DNA of 64,000 nt from Candidatus Hadarchaeota archaeon (lineage in GTDB: Archaea > Hadarchaeota > Hadarchaeia > Hadarchaeales > JAGGTB01): assembly GCA_964384105.1 (NCBI GenBank), contig CAYLJV010000001.1:288001-352000 (forward strand). The letters run 5' to 3'. Each line of letters opens with the position of its first letter. The stretch's first letter is position 1. The notes under the pieces were generated by a model that made no database searches, had not been told where the DNA came from, and saw only the letters and a program-made list of their open reading frames with translations. Positions 59,926 through 64,000 of this stretch are shown one piece after another. The position numbers and the translations under genes were made by a program.

Positions 59926-60049
59926 GAAGTTTAATTGATTTTCGAATTTCTCGAAAATCATTTCTTTTTCTTTTTTTATTTTTCAAATACACAGGGTAAT
60001 GGGGATAATTTTTAATTTTTCTATTAGAAAGAATAATCTGGTGATATTT

Positions 60050-60286
60050 ATGGAGCGAGATAAGCTTTTGGAAAAGATCGATAAGGGAATAAAAATTGAG
60101 GAGGGTGCCATACCGATATACGCTGATTACCTACAGAAAATCGAACTCTCGGATAAAATTAGTGAAAATAAAAAAGTAGAGTTAAGGGAGAATCTAGAAC
60201 TCTTAAAGAAGGATTCGGAGAGGCATGAGAAAATGCTTAGAAAAATAGAGGATAGTGTGTTGGAGAGTGATAAGAATGAATTCTGA
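60050..60286 (+). CDS. Small ferritin-like half-domain protein 1
   Basis: Helix-turn-helix pattern IEE....Y...L..DSERH; RBS GGTGA before ATG 60050. Confidence 0.6.
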   Translation: MERDKLLEKIDKGIKIEEGAIPIYADYLQKIELSDKISENKKVELRENLELLKKDSERHEKMLRKIEDSVLESDKNEF

Positions 60287-60476
60287 AAAGAGTTTTAGAG
60301 AATACGTTGCCGAAATTAGAGAATTAGAATCTGAGATGGTCGATTACTATTCCGGTCTTATGGAGTCTATTAAGGACAAGGAAATGAAGTCTACTATTGA
60401 AGAGATAAAAGAGGACGAGATCAAGCATCAAAAGATAGTTGATAATATCGATCGAATAATAAGAGAAAACGTTTAG
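60276..60476 (+). CDS. Small ferritin-like half-domain protein 2
   Basis: LE..M..YY......IKD......EEI..DEIKH (ExxH); overlaps the previous gene. Confidence 0.65.
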   Translation: MNSEKSFREYVAEIRELESEMVDYYSGLMESIKDKEMKSTIEEIKEDEIKHQKIVDNIDRIIRENV

Positions 60477-60550
60477 AGAAGATTCTTTTCTTTATTTTTT
60501 CGGCAAAATTTTTTATTTGATCTAGTAGAAATATAATCCAGCTGATTGTT

Positions 60551-62233
60551 GTGAGTGTGACTGCTTCTGTCTTAATCGCTGGTGAGGCCGGTGATGGAGT
60601 TCGAGCTGCAGGAAATATTGCAGGTAGTATTTTCAATAGGCATGGTTTGTACTCGTTCGTCCGAGATGATTACCAATCTCTTATTAGGGGTGGGCATAAC
60701 TTTTCTCAGGTTAGAGCTTCTTCGGATAAGGTCTGGAGTCAGTTCGAGGAAACAGATGTGGTAGTTGCGTTAGATGAAAGGTCAATTAACAATCATGAAG
60801 ATCGGTTGGTGGCCGATGGGAGGCTTATTTTTGATTCTGACGAGTTGGATGTGAGTCCCGAACACGCGTGTCCAATGCCGCTTACTTCGATGGTGGAGGA
60901 GGTTGAGGGTATCGAGATTATGAGAAATTCTGCAGCTATTGGTGGCGTGGCTTTCTTCTTTGGGTTGGATCTCGAGATAGTCGCCGATCTCATGAAACAG
61001 TTTTACGGTGGAAAATCGGAGAAGAACGTTACTCTTGCTGAAAAAGGTTATGAATATGCGAAAGAAAATTTTGAGGGAGTTAGAAAGTTAGAAAAACAGG
61101 ATAGAAAGGAACTTCCATTACTTACAGGAAACCAAGCAATCTCTCTTGGAGCCGCAAAGGCAGGCTTGGATGTTTACTTTGCCTATCCTATGACACCTTC
61201 AACTTCGATTCTACACTTTACTGCAGCATATCAGGATGAATTGGACTTAACGGTAGTTCAGCCTGAGAATGAAATTGGTGTCATTAATATGGCCTTAGGT
61301 TCCGCTTATGCAGGTGCTAGAACGATGGTCGCGAGTTCGGGCGGAGGCTATGCTCTGATGCAGGAGGCATTAAGTTTAGCTGGGATGAGTGAAAGTCCGA
61401 TATTAGTAGTGGAATGTCAGAGAGCTGGTCCTAGCACGGGAGTGCCTACTTACACGGGGCAGGCTGATCTCGATTTTGCTTTAAATTCAGGCCATGGAGA
61501 GTTTCCCAGGATAGTCTTGGCTCCGGGAGATCCAGCTGAGGCGTTCTATAGGGCGGGGGAAGCCTTGAATCTCGCGTGGAAATATCAGACTCTTGTTGTT
61601 CTTCTTTCTGATAAACATCTCTCGGAGAGTTATATGACATCGCCTTTAGATACCGGAAAAGTCAATATGGAGAAACAGAAACTCGCTCAGAATCCTGGCA
61701 AGGATTACGAGAGGTATAAATTTACAGAAGATGGTATTTCTCCTTTAGCTTTCCCAGGAACATCCGAGGCAGTGATTAAGACCACGAGTTATGAGCATAC
61801 AGAATTTGGATATACTACTGAGAAACCAGAGGAAATAGCAGCAATGCAGGAGAAGAGAAGGAAGAAATTAGATGCTATCGAAAAGGATGTTTTGAACAGA
61901 GATCCTGTAAATGTGTTTGGCGATGAGGACTCCGATAATATGATTTTGGCGTGGGGCTCTACGAAAGGTGCTGTTTTGGAGACCATGAAGATTTTAGATG
62001 AGCCACTAAAGTTCGTTCAACCTATTTATCTCAGACCTTTCCCCTCGGATGAAGTCTTGAAACATATGAAAAGTGCGAAGAAGGTAATCGATGTTGAGGT
62101 AAATTCTACTGGTCAATTGGCTGGGCTTATAAAAAAGGAGACTTTGATGACTGTCGATGAGAAAATCTTGAAGTATGATAGTCGTCCGTTCAATCCACCG
62201 GATCTTGCAAAGAGGATAAGTGAGGTGTTGTGA
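60551..62233 (+). CDS. korA: 2-oxoacid:ferredoxin oxidoreductase alpha subunit (gamma-alpha fusion)
   Basis: GEAGDG, S.IRGGHN, AYPMTPS, ENEI, QR.GPSTG.PT, GHGE. Confidence 0.9.
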   Translation: MSVTASVLIAGEAGDGVRAAGNIAGSIFNRHGLYSFVRDDYQSLIRGGHNFSQVRASSDKVWSQFEETDVVVALDERSINNHEDRLVADGRLIFDSDELDVSPEHACPMPLTSMVEEVEGIEIMRNSAAIGGVAFFFGLDLEIVADLMKQFYGGKSEKNVTLAEKGYEYAKENFEGVRKLEKQDRKELPLLTGNQAISLGAAKAGLDVYFAYPMTPSTSILHFTAAYQDELDLTVVQPENEIGVINMALGSAYAGARTMVASSGGGYALMQEALSLAGMSESPILVVECQRAGPSTGVPTYTGQADLDFALNSGHGEFPRIVLAPGDPAEAFYRAGEALNLAWKYQTLVVLLSDKHLSESYMTSPLDTGKVNMEKQKLAQNPGKDYERYKFTEDGISPLAFPGTSEAVIKTTSYEHTEFGYTTEKPEEIAAMQEKRRKKLDAIEKDVLNRDPVNVFGDEDSDNMILAWGSTKGAVLETMKILDEPLKFVQPIYLRPFPSDEVLKHMKSAKKVIDVEVNSTGQLAGLIKKETLMTVDEKILKYDSRPFNPPDLAKRISEVL

Positions 62234-62234
62234 T

Positions 62235-63083
62235 ATGGCACTGGATTTAGATACGCCCGTTGAAAATACATGGTGTCCCGGTTGTGGCAATTTCAGTCTG
62301 TTGCAATCGGTAAAAATGGCCTTTAATGATTTGGTTGATTCGGGAGATAGAAAGTTGGAGAATATAGTAATTTCTTCTGGTATAGGTTGTCATGCTAAAA
62401 TATTTGATTATATCAAGGTCAATGGATTTTATTCTATTCATGGAAGAGTTCCTGCAACGATTTCAGGTATAAAAATCGCGAATCCCGAGCTCGAAGTTAT
62501 AGGTTTTGCGGGAGACGGAGATGCTTACAACGAGGGGGTTAGTCACTTGATCCACGCTGCTAGGAGAAATGTTGATATCACTATGGTGATTCACAACAAC
62601 AGCGTCTATGGTCTTACAACCGGCCAGTTCACCCCTACTAGTCCGAAGGGGTTCAGAGGAAAATCGACTCCTAAGGGTAGCGTTGAGGAACCTATGAATC
62701 CTCTTCACCTAATACTCGCAAATAAAGCTTCTTTCGTGGCAAGAGGATTTGCCGGAGAAATCAATCATCTTAAAGAATTGATTAAAAGCGCTGTTCTTCA
62801 CAAGGGTTTTTCAATGATCGATGTTTTACAGCCTTGTGTCACTTTCTATAACACTTGGAAGCATTACAAACAGAACGTCTACAAGCTCGAAGAGACAGAT
62901 CACGACACTGGCGGTTTTGATGCGGCGTGGGATATGGCCAAGAAAAAGGACGAAAAGATTCCGATTGGTTTGTTTTACAAGGAAGGGAGAGATACTTTCG
63001 ACGATTTAATTTTGAATGGGAAAGTACCGGTGAAAAGAGAGATAGCTCCCGATATTGATTCTGTAATTAAAAACTACATCTGA
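62235..63083 (+). CDS. korB: 2-oxoacid:ferredoxin oxidoreductase beta subunit
   Basis: WCPGCGN, SGIGC, HGR, GDGD, N..YGLT.GQ..PT, QPCVT. Confidence 0.9.
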   Translation: MALDLDTPVENTWCPGCGNFSLLQSVKMAFNDLVDSGDRKLENIVISSGIGCHAKIFDYIKVNGFYSIHGRVPATISGIKIANPELEVIGFAGDGDAYNEGVSHLIHAARRNVDITMVIHNNSVYGLTTGQFTPTSPKGFRGKSTPKGSVEEPMNPLHLILANKASFVARGFAGEINHLKELIKSAVLHKGFSMIDVLQPCVTFYNTWKHYKQNVYKLEETDHDTGGFDAAWDMAKKKDEKIPIGLFYKEGRDTFDDLILNGKVPVKREIAPDIDSVIKNYI

Positions 63084-63150
63084 AATATTCGGGGAAATTA
63101 TACGAATAAAAGCAGAATTTATATTTGTTATTTTCAACATCTTGATGTTA

Positions 63151-63246
63151 GGGCCCGTAGCTTAGTCCGGTTAGAGCGCCCGACCAATAGAAATTGGGGC
63201 GAAGCTCATAACCGGGTGGTCGAGGGTTCGAATCCCTCCGGGCCCA
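63151..63246 (+). tRNA. tRNA-Ile2(CAT) with a 21-nt intron at non-canonical position 30/31 (63183-63203)
   Basis: Acceptor GGGCCCG/CGGGCCC-A typical of archaeal tRNA-Ile. After splicing, the anticodon arm is CCCGG-CTCATAA-CCGGG; T arm GAGGG-TTCGAAT-CCCTC; strict BHB. Confidence 0.88.
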
Positions 63247-63393
63247 CTAATTTTTCTGATTAGTTATATCTTCAGATATAAAATATTATTATCGAAGTAA
63301 GCTGTTGGTTTTTAAATTTTGAAGTATTTGTTACTATCAACAAAGCTGGGAAAGGTGTCATCTAGTCTTAAAGAGGTAAATGCGGGTGATACA

Positions 63394-64000
63394 TTGAAAA
63401 AAATTATTGGTATTGTGGTAATTGTTTTAATTGGATTCACTTTCGCTCTACAAACCCAATTCTGGAAAGATGACTCGACTTCGTCTGATATTCCTTCTGA
63501 AGAAACTTGGAACAATACTTATGGCACACGTGGTTGGGATGGATTAAATTCTATTATAGAAACTAGTGGTGGAGAATACGTTCTTGCGGGATATTCTAAC
63601 AGTAAAGCTTGGATACTAAAAACTGATAATCTTGGAAATGAAGTTTGGAGCAGATACTATTTCGGTGAGGGAATAAAGGATGATAAGGCAGTGTCTCTTA
63701 TTGAGACGGATGATGGAGGTTATGCTATAGCTGGGCAAACTTATGTTCCTGGTGATAGTAATACTGATTCTTGGTTAATGAAGGTAGATGTGACGGGTGA
63801 AAAGGTTTGGGAGAAAAGCTATTCGACTGAGGATAGGGATAAAGTCTGGTCACTTGTCCAAACTGGGGATGGTGGCTATGTATTTGCTGGACAAAAGGAG
63901 GTAAAGGGGAATGGTGGCATAGATGCATGGCTGGTAAGGACGGATAGTAAAGGGAATGAGTTGTGGAGTAATACATATGGTGGTCCAGATTATGACATTA
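63394..64000 (+). CDS. Secreted/membrane-anchored beta-propeller repeat protein (partial; runs off the window, absent from the ORF track)
   Basis: RBS GGTGA, TTG start, MKKIIGIVVIVLIG signal/anchor, then repeats of W..TYG...D...S...T.DGGY..AG...AW..KTD..G.E.W; frame open to the window end. Confidence 0.85.
   Translation, partial: MKKIIGIVVIVLIGFTFALQTQFWKDDSTSSDIPSEETWNNTYGTRGWDGLNSIIETSGGEYVLAGYSNSKAWILKTDNLGNEVWSRYYFGEGIKDDKAVSLIETDDGGYAIAGQTYVPGDSNTDSWLMKVDVTGEKVWEKSYSTEDRDKVWSLVQTGDGGYVFAGQKEVKGNGGIDAWLVRTDSKGNELWSNTYGGPDYDI

Noticed and set aside
63151-63246. tRNA-Met call from the CAT anticodon
   Set aside because: The GGGCCC acceptor stem and overall body match archaeal tRNA-Ile; initiator features (A1-U72, three G-C pairs starting GGG in the anticodon stem) are absent.
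199-63976. Many 60-175 aa ORFs antisense to or nested in recognised genes (e.g. 15814-16338, 45567-46094, 59356-59835, 63725-63976)
   Set aside because: They are shadow frames of well-supported genes, with Ser/Phe/Ile-rich composition and no motifs.

Overview
This is an AT-rich archaeal chromosomal window, shown by TFB, aIF-1A, Topo VI A/B and BHB-intron tRNAs. The acidic proteins, OtsA and anaerobic ferredoxin-dependent enzymes suggest a halophilic anaerobe, possibly MSBL1/Hadarchaeota-like (taxon is inference only). In order it contains: a copper module (JAMM protease, PadR-TRASH regulator, copA); a sulfur/Fe-S block (HTH regulator, stand-alone ThrRS editing domain, metY, iscS, iscU, Cys-rich protein); cobO and a frameshifted class II RNR; a branched-chain amino acid supercluster (ilvBNCD, leuCD, leuB, leuA, cimA) with tfb inside it; aIF-1A, Dim2 and top6BA; assorted housekeeping genes; an operon of Re-citrate-synthase-like enzyme, second LeuCD-type hydratase and NADP-Icd; tRNA-Asn with a 64-nt intron; an AddB/AddA-like helicase-nuclease pair with a DpnI-family nuclease; FTR1; porGDAB; two half-ferritin genes; korAB; tRNA-Ile2(CAU) with an intron at 30/31; and a truncated secreted beta-propeller gene. 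The top leads are: (1) the tRNA-Asn intron folds into a K-turn/box C/D-like RNA whose loop is antisense to a tRNA-Val(UAC)-like anticodon arm; (2) a shared ATAAC-N3-GTTAT palindrome sits 3 bp upstream of TATA boxes at metY/iscS, the ThrRS editing gene and FTR1; (3) a putative citrate-to-2-oxoglutarate route uses a LeuCD-type aconitase; (4) the DpnI + AddAB-like genes may be a defence operon. No CRISPR array, integrase or transposase was seen.
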